The translations under genes and the position numbers were made by a program. The notes under the pieces were generated by a model. It worked only from the letters and a program-made list of their open reading frames with translations, was not told the DNA's origin and did not search any database. Below are positions 19,364 through 29,007 of a stretch of 64,000 nt of DNA, piece after piece. Source of the stretch: Oligoflexales bacterium. GTDB taxonomy: Bacteria > Bdellovibrionota_B > Oligoflexia > Oligoflexales > CAIYRB01. The stretch covers positions 51,565 through 115,564 of the forward strand of contig JBGSUI010000217.1 in the NCBI GenBank assembly GCA_041736175.1, read 5' to 3'. Positions within the stretch are counted from its first letter, which is position 1. Each line of letters starts with the position of its first letter.

Positions 19364-20407
19364 TTAGGGATTTGTGACAAGTGATCCGGATTTTATCATT
19401 TCAACGTTTTGTTCGTCTAAAACTTTTGCCTTAAATATTTTTTTTGAATGAGGGTAGCTAATCTCTATCACATCCCCTAGAGACCCCTCTTGGAGACTCT
19501 TACCCATAAACCCAACGACTAATCCAGTCCCATTGACAACCACATTAACCGATTGGTTTTTGCGAATAGCTATGGGAAGTTCTGTATTTTTGAGGAATAA
19601 GACGCTACCCTTTTTAAGATCTATTTTGGTTTTTCGCCCGACAAGTGACTTGATGGTATCATCTGGGTGATTGAATCCATGGCCTTCGGTGATAGAAATG
19701 ATAGAAACAGGTGTTTTGGTTAAGTCTGAAGAGACGATCGTACTCCCTCTAGGTAAATCCCTCGTAACAGCAGGAACCAAACGTCTTAGGACAAACCATA
19801 CTTCGGCTTGGTAGGTATTTTGGGGTTCTTCGGAGCTTTCATCAAAAGCCGCCCAAGTTATGGTCTTTTTTCCATTAAGATTGGATTCAATCCAGCGGGA
19901 ATCCGCAAGATCTTGGTCGTTAAAACCTACGGGTTCAAGACGGGCAAATGGATCCATGACGTTAATTTTAACTTTAGTGACCTCTACCTCGAATCCCAGA
20001 TTCTTTATGGGATTAAGTCGCGTTTCGAGCTTTGAAATCAGCAACTGGTCAAGAGAGTTATGAGAACTTTTTAGGTAGATTTTAACCATTGGAGACCCAT
20101 GGACTGAAACAGCCACCAACGGCCATTCACTTTCGAGGGTTTGGAGGATCTTTGATGATGTCAATTGGATATTGGTTAGATTTTCTGTAAAACGTGCGAC
20201 CTCGATCCCATACCCTTCCTGGCAGACGAGTTCTTCACCCATACAGGTTCCGATATCCGATAGATAGATACGACTCTTATCAAGGGTAACTTCTTCTTTT
20301 AAATGAATAACGACTTGGTCTACGGGGGCAAGTTCATTTTTTGGATTCGATAGCCCTCGCTCTAAGGTCATCATCCATAAAAAAGCAGTAAGAATAGGTA
20401 CAATCAT
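19364..20407 (-). CDS. flgA: P-ring assembly chaperone FlgA
   Basis: C-terminal SAF/FlgA-like region (RDLPRGSTI, GKSLQEGSLGDVI) and position after flgG. Confidence 0.8.
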   Translation of the reverse strand: MIVPILTAFLWMMTLERGLSNPKNELAPVDQVVIHLKEEVTLDKSRIYLSDIGTCMGEELVCQEGYGIEVARFTENLTNIQLTSSKILQTLESEWPLVAVSVHGSPMVKIYLKSSHNSLDQLLISKLETRLNPIKNLGFEVEVTKVKINVMDPFARLEPVGFNDQDLADSRWIESNLNGKKTITWAAFDESSEEPQNTYQAEVWFVLRRLVPAVTRDLPRGSTIVSSDLTKTPVSIISITEGHGFNHPDDTIKSLVGRKTKIDLKKGSVLFLKNTELPIAIRKNQSVNVVVNGTGLVVGFMGKSLQEGSLGDVIEISYPHSKKIFKAKVLDEQNVEMIKSGSLVTNP

Positions 20408-20444
20408 GGGCGTGATTCCAATACAGACGCGAGTGTTATAACAC

Positions 20445-21224
20445 TTAGCGGATTGCTACCGTGGCTTGCAACATTTGGTCTCCTGTTTGGATGACTTTTG
20501 AATTCATCTCGTAGGCTCTTTGTCCAGCGATCATATTGACCATCTCTTCAACAATATTGACATTAGAAGATTCCAACTGTTGGTGATAGATGGCACCCAT
20601 ACCATTTTGGTTTGCTGTGCCAACGATAGGCTCTCCACTTGCAACCGTGGCAGCAAAAAGGTTGCGCCCCTTGGCTTGGAGCCCTACAGGATTGATAAAA
20701 TTAGCAAGTTGGAGCTGCCCGAGTTCGAGTTTTTCATTGCCTACTTTAACGGTCACCACACCGTCAAGCCCGACGACTAGTTCTGTGGCGCCGGCAGGTC
20801 TGACGATTTCGTCGACCAGAGGAAAACCATCTTGATTGACCAACCGTCCGGTATTATCCCATTTAAAGTTGCCGTCCCGGGTATAAGAAATAGTCCCATC
20901 ATCGAGCTGGACTCTAAAAAATCCATCACCAACGATCATCATATCCGAATCGTTTCCGGTCATGCGGAAACTGCCGGTGGTAAACATTTTATCCACAGAG
21001 GAAAGCTTGGCTCCTGATCCGATTTGAATCCCGCCGGGCACCACAGTGCCGGTGGTCGCGTTTTGACCAGGCGCTCTGAGGGTTTGGTACAATAGATCGT
21101 GGAAATTTGCCCTCGATTTCTTAAAGGCAGTGGTATTGACGTTGGCCAAGTTGTTAGATATGACGTCAATGTTTTGCTGCATGGCCTCCATGCCCGTGGC
21201 CGCAGTGTGGAGTAATCGCATCAT
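20445..21224 (-). CDS. flgG: Flagellar basal-body rod protein FlgG
   Basis: ISNNLANVNTTAFKKSR, YTRDGNF and LESSNVNIVEEMVNMIAGQRAYEMNSK motifs. Confidence 0.96.
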   Translation of the reverse strand: MMRLLHTAATGMEAMQQNIDVISNNLANVNTTAFKKSRANFHDLLYQTLRAPGQNATTGTVVPGGIQIGSGAKLSSVDKMFTTGSFRMTGNDSDMMIVGDGFFRVQLDDGTISYTRDGNFKWDNTGRLVNQDGFPLVDEIVRPAGATELVVGLDGVVTVKVGNEKLELGQLQLANFINPVGLQAKGRNLFAATVASGEPIVGTANQNGMGAIYHQQLESSNVNIVEEMVNMIAGQRAYEMNSKVIQTGDQMLQATVAIR

Positions 21225-21251
21225 AGTAGTTTTCTCCCCTTAAAAATATCC

Positions 21252-22040
21252 TTAGGCTCTAACAGCCCCCAGATTATTGCTTGATTTTTGCATGATTTGG
21301 TCAAATTGGCTGACTGCCTTTTGGTAGGACTCGTAGGACCTATGGGCGATAATTAAATCCGTTAGGTTTTTAATGGCGTTAATATTGGAACCCTCTAACC
21401 AACCCTGCTGGATGGATGGGGATCCCACCGCGATTCTCTCCTCCGGCGGTCCACCAAAAAAGAAGAAATTATTGCCCACCCTTTCGAGGCTTTCATCATT
21501 TTTAAAGGTCCAGCAGTTGAGTTTATCGACGAATTTACCGTTTTGCCAGACCTCGCCTAAACCTCTAATTTCAAATTGGCCATTACGCAGGGGGATGGAT
21601 CCTTTTTGGCCAACCACAGGATAGCCATCCTTTGAAACCAGCATTCCATCGCGGGACAATGAAAAGGATCCGCTCCGCGTATAGCGAGGCCCATCTGGTG
21701 TTTGCACTTCAAACATTCCTTGGCCTTCAATCATAAAATCAAGGGGATTCTTGGTTTCAATGGCAGGCCCCTGGGTTGTATCCCGCTGCAAATCAGCAAC
21801 CCCGACATAGAGGATTTCGTTACCTTTAAGATACTGAAGATCCTCGATACCAACTTTATAGTTTGCTGGCGGAAGCGGATCAGTATACCTCTTTTCAGGC
21901 TCAGGTTCTAAGACGGTAAAGGTGATACGGTCACCCTTAAAACCAACCGTGTTGGTGTTCGCCATATTGTTGGCGATAATTTCCAAAACTCTGTCTTGGG
22001 CCAGAGCACCAGAGAGGGGGGTGTAGATGCTTTTTAACAT
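21252..22040 (-). CDS. flgF: Flagellar basal-body rod protein FlgF
   Basis: IANNMANTNTVGFK, YTRSGSF and LEGSNIN motifs. ATG 22040 is preferred because the longer TTG-start ORF overlaps the sigma-54 promoter. Confidence 0.88.
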   Translation of the reverse strand: MLKSIYTPLSGALAQDRVLEIIANNMANTNTVGFKGDRITFTVLEPEPEKRYTDPLPPANYKVGIEDLQYLKGNEILYVGVADLQRDTTQGPAIETKNPLDFMIEGQGMFEVQTPDGPRYTRSGSFSLSRDGMLVSKDGYPVVGQKGSIPLRNGQFEIRGLGEVWQNGKFVDKLNCWTFKNDESLERVGNNFFFFGGPPEERIAVGSPSIQQGWLEGSNINAIKNLTDLIIAHRSYESYQKAVSQFDQIMQKSSNNLGAVRA

Positions 22041-22089
22041 AAACTCACCGAAGGCCGTGGGTAAAAAAAGAAAGGCTCCCTTAACAAGA

Positions 22090-22104
22090 GCAAAGTTCAT
22101 GCCA
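22090..22104 (-). promoter_or_regulatory. Sigma-54 promoter of the flgF operon
   Basis: The minus strand reads TGGCAT-GAACT-TTGC, the canonical -24 GG / -12 GC spacing, about 50 bp upstream of flgF. Confidence 0.8.
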
Positions 22105-22203
22105 GGCAAATCCGCAGAGATCCAGGTTTAAGTCTCGGGCTAAGATCTAGTTAATCCCGCAGGAGATAAACTCCTCTTTTGGAGATTCCTAAATTTTTAA
22201 GTC

Positions 22204-22263
22204 GTCAAAAGATTGGTGTTTTCAAAAGATGAAGAGTCAAAATTAAGGTGCCAAAATTATGAC
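22204..22263. promoter_or_regulatory. Putative FleQ/FlrA-type enhancer boxes
   Basis: GTCAAAAGATTGGT, TTCAAAAGATGAAG, GTCAAAATTAAGGT and GCCAAAATTATGAC lie 100-160 bp upstream of the sigma-54 promoter. Confidence 0.5.
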
Positions 22264-22314
22264 TCACCAGAGGCAACAAAAAGGATTTAATACCGGAGAG
22301 TTGTCAGAATATTT

Positions 22315-22341
22315 TAAAGTTTTTTCTTAAAATCCCGATGA
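22315..22341 (+). promoter_or_regulatory. Sigma-28 (FliA)-like promoter upstream of higA
   Basis: TAAA-N15-CCCGATGA. Confidence 0.5.
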
Positions 22342-22403
22342 GGTAGCGGCGAACATTTCAAAGTGATATATTTCAGAATGAAAAAAAGAGAAGGAATCAG
22401 ACA

Positions 22404-22874
22404 ATGGCAAACCAATTTGAGCAGCAAGATGACAAAGTCCAAAAATATGGCTTTAAGAAATTAGCGTATAGCAAAGAAACTCTTTTTGAGTACCGTCCAC
22501 TAGTTCCTATCAAGACGGAAGAAGATTATCAGGCAAGTATGGATAATCTAGATATTTTAATGAATTTGGCTCGGGATCACGAAAAAGAGTTCAATCGCCT
22601 CACAAGAGATGGCGCTTATTTGGCCGAGCTTGCTAAATTTATTGAAGAATACGAATCTAATGCTGCTCCCCAAGATGATGAAGTTACTGGACTGGAAATG
22701 CTTAAGTTTCTTATGGAACAGAATTCTTTAACACAAAAAAGCCTATCAGATATGCTTTTTGGTGGTCATCAAGGAAACTTATCTCAGATACTTAAGGGTA
22801 AACGAGAGTTAACTGTCGACCATATCAGAAAGCTTAGCAAGCACTTTAAAATATCACCGGCAGCTTTTATTTGA
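22404..22874 (+). CDS. higA: HigA-family HTH antitoxin
   Basis: PIKTEEDY...IEEYE N-terminal region and LKFLMEQNSLTQKSLS...SQILKGKRELTVDHIRKLSKHF XRE HTH. Confidence 0.88.
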   Translation: MANQFEQQDDKVQKYGFKKLAYSKETLFEYRPLVPIKTEEDYQASMDNLDILMNLARDHEKEFNRLTRDGAYLAELAKFIEEYESNAAPQDDEVTGLEMLKFLMEQNSLTQKSLSDMLFGGHQGNLSQILKGKRELTVDHIRKLSKHFKISPAAFI

Positions 22875-23164
22875 GAGTTTTAGGTACAAAAGTTATTACC
22901 GAAGCTAAAAAGACTCTTCCAGCTGATGCTAGAGTAGGGCTTAATGCCTGGCTCAAACTGATGAAAAACACAGACGCATCAAATCCTCTCGATATGCAAA
23001 AAATCTTTTCCTATATGGACCCCGTTCCACCGCAAACTGTTTTCAACATCTGTGGAAATAAGTACCGACTTATAGCAAAGATAAACTATAAATTCAGAGT
23101 TGTTCGAGTGCAATACGTATTGAGTCACTCTGAATATGACAAAAATACTTGGAAAGAAAAATAA
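22871..23164 (+). CDS. higB: HigB-family mRNA interferase toxin
   Basis: VFNICGNKYRLIAKINY...LSHSEYDK motif. The TTG start overlaps the higA stop (TTGA). Confidence 0.9.
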   Translation: MRVLGTKVITEAKKTLPADARVGLNAWLKLMKNTDASNPLDMQKIFSYMDPVPPQTVFNICGNKYRLIAKINYKFRVVRVQYVLSHSEYDKNTWKEK

Positions 23165-23167
23165 AGG

Positions 23168-25405
23168 TTATGGTTGAATACCCCCAAACTTCCATACAAT
23201 CACCGACCGCCCGGGAATTTTCCACAGATAATGATCGCCTAAAACCTTGCAAACCTCGCCATCTTTATCGCTAAATTCCCTTGTTTGTAACTGATCACGA
23301 CAATCAACCGAACCCACCACTCCAGAGATATCAAATCCAGTCCCTTTGGAGGTGTCGTGGCCGTCTGGCGCAGCAAAGGGTCTTTCGGGCATTTCAAACT
23401 CCTGCTCGGTTCTTCCGAAATTTAACATGCCAAAAATGGATTCGCCGGATGAGTTTTGCCAGTGGTATTGCAAAAGATCGGACGTTGAGGGTAATGAGGT
23501 CAAAGCATCCGCGAATCCTAAAGCCGAAAGAAGGATCTGGGAAGAGTCGGGGCTCTCTTCGGGCACAAAACAAAAATGAGTCAATGTTCCGCCAGGTGAT
23601 CCCTTATCTGAAAATGTATCTTCTAATACCTGGTATTGGATGATTGCTGGAGAACCCTCGTAGATTCCCGAGGTGAAATGGGCCAAGCACCCCCAATGGG
23701 TCGCATTTTGAATGGAGATTTTTTCGGCCCAGATGCTACCCTTTAACCTAACTTTTGAGTTATGGACAAACACCTCATCATGTTCATCCTCAGCCAGAGG
23801 GCCATGCTCGACAAAGCAAAAATCAGCATCGCCTAGGGGGCTATGGGGAAACGGGCTCATGCCGTTGTTAAGCGTTTTCATCGCGGTCCGCGGCATCGTC
23901 AGGATTTTACCACCCGCAGCGATAAACTCAGCCATAAAAGTCCGGTCCTGCTCCTTCCACTCAAAAGCGTAGGATGGTATAAAGAGACTACGAACTTTTG
24001 TCCCATAGGTCACCCCAAAGGGATCCTGACGGCACAAAAATTCTCTGGCTGCTCCCAGATGAGGCACCATCATCACACCGATGCCTAAACTAAAAAGAGG
24101 CTGAAGCCAGCTTTCTAAAAGTTTTTGAAACCTCCATAGATGGGTCTGAGGCAATATACTGTGGGCCCAAATACTTTCAAAATCGTAGACAACCAAAACT
24201 CTGACGGGAAAGTGAAAAGGCTCTGACCCCGGAAGATGGGTCGAGACCTTGGTAAAAAACTGGTGTTGTGCCGCGATCATAGCCTCTGCGGAAGTAGTTT
24301 TGACGCGAACATCGTGGGACCTTATGCCTTCATGGTACTGCTCAGACCCTCCATAAAACCTTTGCCAGCTAAAATAAAGTTGGGTAGAAGCCCCTGAAAA
24401 AGCCGCCTGCATCCCCCAAAGGAACAGCCAGTCAGCAGCAAAACGGCGATTAAGGGACTGCCAATTGACTTGTAATGGTTGTTGCTCCAAAATCATAAAT
24501 TTTTGATTGGATTTAAAGGACCGCATCAGAGCAAATTGGCATGCAGAACCCACTGGATTAGGGCGTTCTGAAGTCTGGTAATGGTCATAACCCACCACGT
24601 CGAGGTCTTGGGTCATCGTCCATAAACAAAGATCTTCAAACATTGGGATATAATTGTGGGTTATCCATCTTTTAGGCGACTTAGTGCGCAGGACCTCGAT
24701 CTGAGCCTTTTGAAATTGAAGGAAACCATGAGTCATAAATCTATAGAAATCTAGCTCTAGATGTGGATTGGGGGGATTGAGGGTGGTCTGTGGCAGGATG
24801 ATCTCAGAAAAATCTCGATAGTTCATAGACCAAAAGGCATTAAAATGAGCCTTGTTTAGCTTATCAAGATCGCCTCCATAGCGATTCTTGATCCATTTGC
24901 GAAAAGCCTCTAGGGAATCAGTCGTAAAAGACCTTGAAGATGTGTGATGACCAAACTCGTTGTCGACTTGCCAACCGACAACAGCGGGGTGGTTTCCAAA
25001 TAAATCACCGTAGAGACCGCATATCCTGCGGCTTTCCTCTAGGTAGCGGCTGCTCCACGGATCATAATGGCGCCTCCCACCAAAAGGGATCCGGTATCCA
25101 TGACGGTCAACCAAAAGGATTTCAGGATATCGGTCGCAAAGCCATTTTGGCGGGGTCGCTGTGGGAGTACAAAAAAGCACCTGAATTTGCCTTGAGTGGG
25201 CTTCATCAAGAGCTTTCAGAAACACCTGGGGCCGCAATTCCCCTGGACCAGGCTCTACGTGGGACCAGCTAAATTCGCCCATTCGAATAAGCTTAAGCCC
25301 TAACTCCACCATCCGATCTAAATCGTTCTTAATTTGGACATCTGGAGACTCCTGTATATAGTCAGGATAGTAGGATGCACCAAGTGTTAGCCAGTGGTTT
25401 TCCAA
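23168..25405 (-). CDS. Beta-galactosidase, GH42 family
   Basis: YYPD, RMGEFSWS.VEP, TPTATPPKW, WQVDNEFG (acid/base Glu), ILEQQP (nucleophile) and EQYHEG motifs. Confidence 0.92.
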   Translation of the reverse strand: MENHWLTLGASYYPDYIQESPDVQIKNDLDRMVELGLKLIRMGEFSWSHVEPGPGELRPQVFLKALDEAHSRQIQVLFCTPTATPPKWLCDRYPEILLVDRHGYRIPFGGRRHYDPWSSRYLEESRRICGLYGDLFGNHPAVVGWQVDNEFGHHTSSRSFTTDSLEAFRKWIKNRYGGDLDKLNKAHFNAFWSMNYRDFSEIILPQTTLNPPNPHLELDFYRFMTHGFLQFQKAQIEVLRTKSPKRWITHNYIPMFEDLCLWTMTQDLDVVGYDHYQTSERPNPVGSACQFALMRSFKSNQKFMILEQQPLQVNWQSLNRRFAADWLFLWGMQAAFSGASTQLYFSWQRFYGGSEQYHEGIRSHDVRVKTTSAEAMIAAQHQFFTKVSTHLPGSEPFHFPVRVLVVYDFESIWAHSILPQTHLWRFQKLLESWLQPLFSLGIGVMMVPHLGAAREFLCRQDPFGVTYGTKVRSLFIPSYAFEWKEQDRTFMAEFIAAGGKILTMPRTAMKTLNNGMSPFPHSPLGDADFCFVEHGPLAEDEHDEVFVHNSKVRLKGSIWAEKISIQNATHWGCLAHFTSGIYEGSPAIIQYQVLEDTFSDKGSPGGTLTHFCFVPEESPDSSQILLSALGFADALTSLPSTSDLLQYHWQNSSGESIFGMLNFGRTEQEFEMPERPFAAPDGHDTSKGTGFDISGVVGSVDCRDQLQTREFSDKDGEVCKVLGDHYLWKIPGRSVIVWKFGGIQP

Positions 25406-25498
25406 AGTCGCTCCCCTCGTGGGTCAAAGTCTTTAAATCCACACTCTAACCAACTTGACGGAGCATCTGAGAGACGTCAACTATCATTTCTTTTTAAC

Positions 25499-26353
25499 TT
25501 AAATCGGTGCGGGCATCTCCAGCTTCAGTCCATTGATGATGTTACGGACCTCAAGGCACACTTCGGGGCTTTCCGTATCGACACCACTACTGAGAGCGAG
25601 GCCAGTTCCCCCATTGAAATCTCCCGAAATGTAATTGAGAGTCAGAGATCCAGAAGTGCAGGAACCTTTCAGCCCGGCACCGCCAGTAGGTTGAGATAGG
25701 GTTTTTCCAGTGGGTAGACCTTTTTGGTCTAGTGCTGTTTTGATCTTAGGACAATAGGTGGTTTCCAGTTCAGTGGGTTGACCATTGATCATCCCGCCAG
25801 ACATTTTAAAAGGCTGGACCCTGCCACCAAAGGCAAAGGAGATATTGAGGCCACCTTTGCAATCAACCGTGAGTTTGTGGGTCGGCTGGGGACCTGGTGG
25901 TGGTGGGGGAGGTGGGGGGGGTGGGGTCGGAACCTTTGGATCCCCTGCAGGGCTTGGTGGTGTCCCAGAAGTTGGATCGGTAGAGGTTTTTGTCGAAGTC
26001 CCTGGATCACTCGTCGTTGTTCCATTATTTGGGGTCTGGATTTCCGTGGGCCCGGCTGGAGCCGTTGTGCCAAGAGATTCCGGCGATGGGCTTGAAGTCT
26101 CTGGCGCGCCTTCTGCCCTTTGGGTTTGATCCCCATCCGCTGTCGTGGCACCTTTTTCGACAACATTTTTGTAATTTTGGTCGGTCTTTGGAGTTGGAGG
26201 TTTAGATTGATCACATCCGATCCAACCGAAAGCTACCAATCCTGTCGCCAGGAAAGTAAACAGGGAAACGGCAATACGCCATCTCCCACTCTTGCCCGTA
26301 TAGTCAGATTTGTACCGCGCCGATGGTTTCATAAAGTCTCCTTTCCTAGACAT
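25499..26353 (-). CDS. Hypothetical Pro/Thr-rich lipoprotein
   Basis: Lipobox WIGC, a low-complexity P/T linker with a poly-Pro run, and a C-terminal domain with 4 Cys. Confidence 0.65.
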   Translation of the reverse strand: MSRKGDFMKPSARYKSDYTGKSGRWRIAVSLFTFLATGLVAFGWIGCDQSKPPTPKTDQNYKNVVEKGATTADGDQTQRAEGAPETSSPSPESLGTTAPAGPTEIQTPNNGTTTSDPGTSTKTSTDPTSGTPPSPAGDPKVPTPPPPPPPPPPGPQPTHKLTVDCKGGLNISFAFGGRVQPFKMSGGMINGQPTELETTYCPKIKTALDQKGLPTGKTLSQPTGGAGLKGSCTSGSLTLNYISGDFNGGTGLALSSGVDTESPEVCLEVRNIINGLKLEMPAPI

Positions 26354-26560
26354 CTTACTATCTCATCGGAACGAATCCCGTCTGTCTGTAGGAATTCCCT
26401 ATTTTTATTTATAATCAGATAGTTATAACTTTACATTTTGAGTCTTCCTAGATTCACTATGGTTGCTCAAAGAAAACCAGTATGATTGTAGGGAAGCCTT
26501 TAGGATCCTTTTCAATTTTTTGTCTCCGATTCACAGATGACTTAGGTTTAGGGAGGTTTT

Positions 26561-28165
26561 ATGGGAACGAATCAAATGGGATCAAACCTCTGTATACTGC
26601 TCAAAAACTCAGTCGATATGTTCCCTGATAAACTTGCCCTTAGATCTTTTTTTCAATCCTGGACCTACCACGACCTCTGGCATGAAGTCGGCCGCATCTC
26701 CAATGGATTTGACCATATCAGCACGCCTGCAAGGACCCATGTGGGCATCTTTCTGCCTAACTGTGTCGAATACACTTTATTTTATTATGGAGTCCATGCC
26801 TCAGGACGGGTCATCATCCCCATAAATCCCATGCTTAAACCTGAAGAACTGGCTATCCAACTTGACGATGGCGATGTCCATGACCTCGTCACGATCGACG
26901 CGCTCCTCCCCACGGTATCAAAAGCTTTCGCCCTCGCTCCTAAACTCAAGAGATCGATTCACAAGATCGTACTCATTGATGGTCTCAAACACCATCATGA
27001 TCAGCTTGATCCCCTTGAAATAGACCCTGACCAATTCATTACCCATAAACAACTCGTCCATGATCAAAAAGCATTGAATTCACCTTTTCCTACCCAGCCG
27101 CAGGACACCGCCGTGATCCTATATACCTCGGGCACCACGGGTAAACCAAAAGGTGCTGAACTCTCTCACGCAAACCTCATATCTAATGTTGAGACTCTAA
27201 AAAGTCTCCACCCAAAAATCACCGCGCTTTCCTGGAACGCTCTGCTCGCCCTCCCGCTCTTTCATAGCTTTGGCCAGACTGTAATCCAAAACACCACTCT
27301 CGCCCTTGGAGGTTCGATGATGGTGATGGAACGCTATGACCCCTGGCAGGTTGCCCAATGGATAGAAACCCACAAAATAACGGTCTTTGCTGGTGTACCG
27401 ACGATGTACTATGGCCTGCTCCATCACCCTTCTATCACAGCACAGATGCTTAAAACATTGCAGCTATGCCTTTGCGGTGGAGCTCCCATGCCCGAAGATG
27501 TTATGAAACGCTTTGACGAAACCTTCCATGCAAACATCGTAGAAGCCTATGGTCTTTCCGAAACATCTCCTGTGGCGTCGATCAATCCACCTTTTGCGAC
27601 CAAAAAAATGGGAAGTATTGGTAAACCGATTCCAAATGTAGAGTTTCGTCTTATAGATGGACAGGACCAGATCATTGAGTCCGCAAATATCACGGGCGAG
27701 CTCTACATCAAAGGACCCAATGTTATGAAAGGCTATTATAAAAAACCGGCTGAAACCGCCGAAGCCTTACAAAATGGGTGGTTTAAAACGGGGGACCTTG
27801 CGGAGCGGGATACTGATGGGTTTTATAGATTGGTCGATCGGGCCAAAGACCTTATCATCCGCGGAGGTTTTAATGTTTATCCCCGCGAAATCGAAGAACG
27901 CCTCCACACCCATCCCGATGTCATCGAAGCCGCTGTGGTAGGCATCTCAGACGACAGACTTGGGGAAGAAGTCTGTGGCTATGTTTCACTTAGACCCGGA
28001 GCTAAGACGACCGAGCAGGATCTTGTAGAATTTTGTCGAGAACATTTGGCTGCTTATAAATATCCACGGCAGGTTCACATCGTCGACTCTTTACCCAAAG
28101 GACCGACAGGAAAAATCCTTAAAAGGGTCTTAAGGGACCAATCTGCGCCAAACTCAAAAAACTAA
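26561..28165 (+). CDS. Long-chain fatty-acid--CoA ligase (ANL adenylating enzyme)
   Basis: YTSGTTGKPKG, YGLSETSP, WFKTGD, DRAKDLIIRGG and LPKGPTGKIL motifs. Confidence 0.92.
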   Translation: MGTNQMGSNLCILLKNSVDMFPDKLALRSFFQSWTYHDLWHEVGRISNGFDHISTPARTHVGIFLPNCVEYTLFYYGVHASGRVIIPINPMLKPEELAIQLDDGDVHDLVTIDALLPTVSKAFALAPKLKRSIHKIVLIDGLKHHHDQLDPLEIDPDQFITHKQLVHDQKALNSPFPTQPQDTAVILYTSGTTGKPKGAELSHANLISNVETLKSLHPKITALSWNALLALPLFHSFGQTVIQNTTLALGGSMMVMERYDPWQVAQWIETHKITVFAGVPTMYYGLLHHPSITAQMLKTLQLCLCGGAPMPEDVMKRFDETFHANIVEAYGLSETSPVASINPPFATKKMGSIGKPIPNVEFRLIDGQDQIIESANITGELYIKGPNVMKGYYKKPAETAEALQNGWFKTGDLAERDTDGFYRLVDRAKDLIIRGGFNVYPREIEERLHTHPDVIEAAVVGISDDRLGEEVCGYVSLRPGAKTTEQDLVEFCREHLAAYKYPRQVHIVDSLPKGPTGKILKRVLRDQSAPNSKN

Positions 28166-28176
28166 CTCCATTTTTA

Positions 28177-29004
28177 TTACGAGGACGATTTTAAGATTCG
28201 AGTGACTGCCGGACAAAGAGCTGCCATCCATAGCTCATAGCCCAATCGAGACAGGTGTAAAAAATCCGGGCTCACCTCGGGCTGGAGGATGGTGGTGCCC
28301 CCTAAAAACAAGGGTGACAAATCCAAATACACGACCTGCCCCTGGGGCCACTCAAATTGAGCCAGCATCCGGTTGACGTTGCTGCGTTTGAGCCGACGGC
28401 TGGTATCGGCATCATGATCCATAGGAAAAAGGCCTAAGAGTAAGACGCGGGTTTCGGGAAATTGTCCCAATAACCGACCCACCATCAATTTAATCCCCGC
28501 AGCGATTTGTGCGGCTGTTTGACTTCCATTGTTGGTCCCACCTAAAAAAACTACAACTTTAGGTTTAATCCTCGCGAAATCTCCTTGGGACAGGCGCCAT
28601 AGCATATGTTGGAGTCCATCGGACCAAATCCCTCCATTAATCACCCCCTTTAAAACTTTGCAGCGATCCAAGAGATCTTGGTGACGGCGCCAACCCTGCA
28701 TAATGGAGTCCCCGAAAAACAAAACCTCGTGATGAGGATGAGCTACGATCTCCTGCTTGATTTTGTCCCGGAGTTCGTTCCATGGAACCTCAGACTTTCG
28801 ATCCTTAGGTATTAACCATCGGGTATCGGGCGACTCCATCGACTCAAAGCCTTCCTCCCCTGGACCTTGGTCTCCATGTTGGCAACTAACACCCATCGCA
28901 ATGCTCGCTATCACGCACAGGAAAAGTGGCAGAGACCTGATTGCCCCTTTCATCCCTTTCCTCCATAGACTATTTGCAGGATAGATATATTTTTTGCACA
29001 TCAC
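28177..29004 (-). CDS. SGNH/GDSL hydrolase (PAF-acetylhydrolase Ib-like), lipoprotein
   Basis: FFGDSI, NGGI..D, GTNN and DFLHLS blocks, with lipobox GVSC. Confidence 0.85.
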   Translation of the reverse strand: MMCKKYIYPANSLWRKGMKGAIRSLPLFLCVIASIAMGVSCQHGDQGPGEEGFESMESPDTRWLIPKDRKSEVPWNELRDKIKQEIVAHPHHEVLFFGDSIMQGWRRHQDLLDRCKVLKGVINGGIWSDGLQHMLWRLSQGDFARIKPKVVVFLGGTNNGSQTAAQIAAGIKLMVGRLLGQFPETRVLLLGLFPMDHDADTSRRLKRSNVNRMLAQFEWPQGQVVYLDLSPLFLGGTTILQPEVSPDFLHLSRLGYELWMAALCPAVTRILKSSS

Positions 29005-29007
29005 GAT

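Noticed and set aside
22041..22109. Extended N-terminus of flgF in the ORF track
   Set aside because: It overlaps the sigma-54 promoter, and FlgF similarity begins at ATG 22040.
25895..25930. G-rich run (ggtggtggtgggggaggtggggggg) as a repeat or G-quadruplex
   Set aside because: It is explained by poly-Pro codons on the minus strand.
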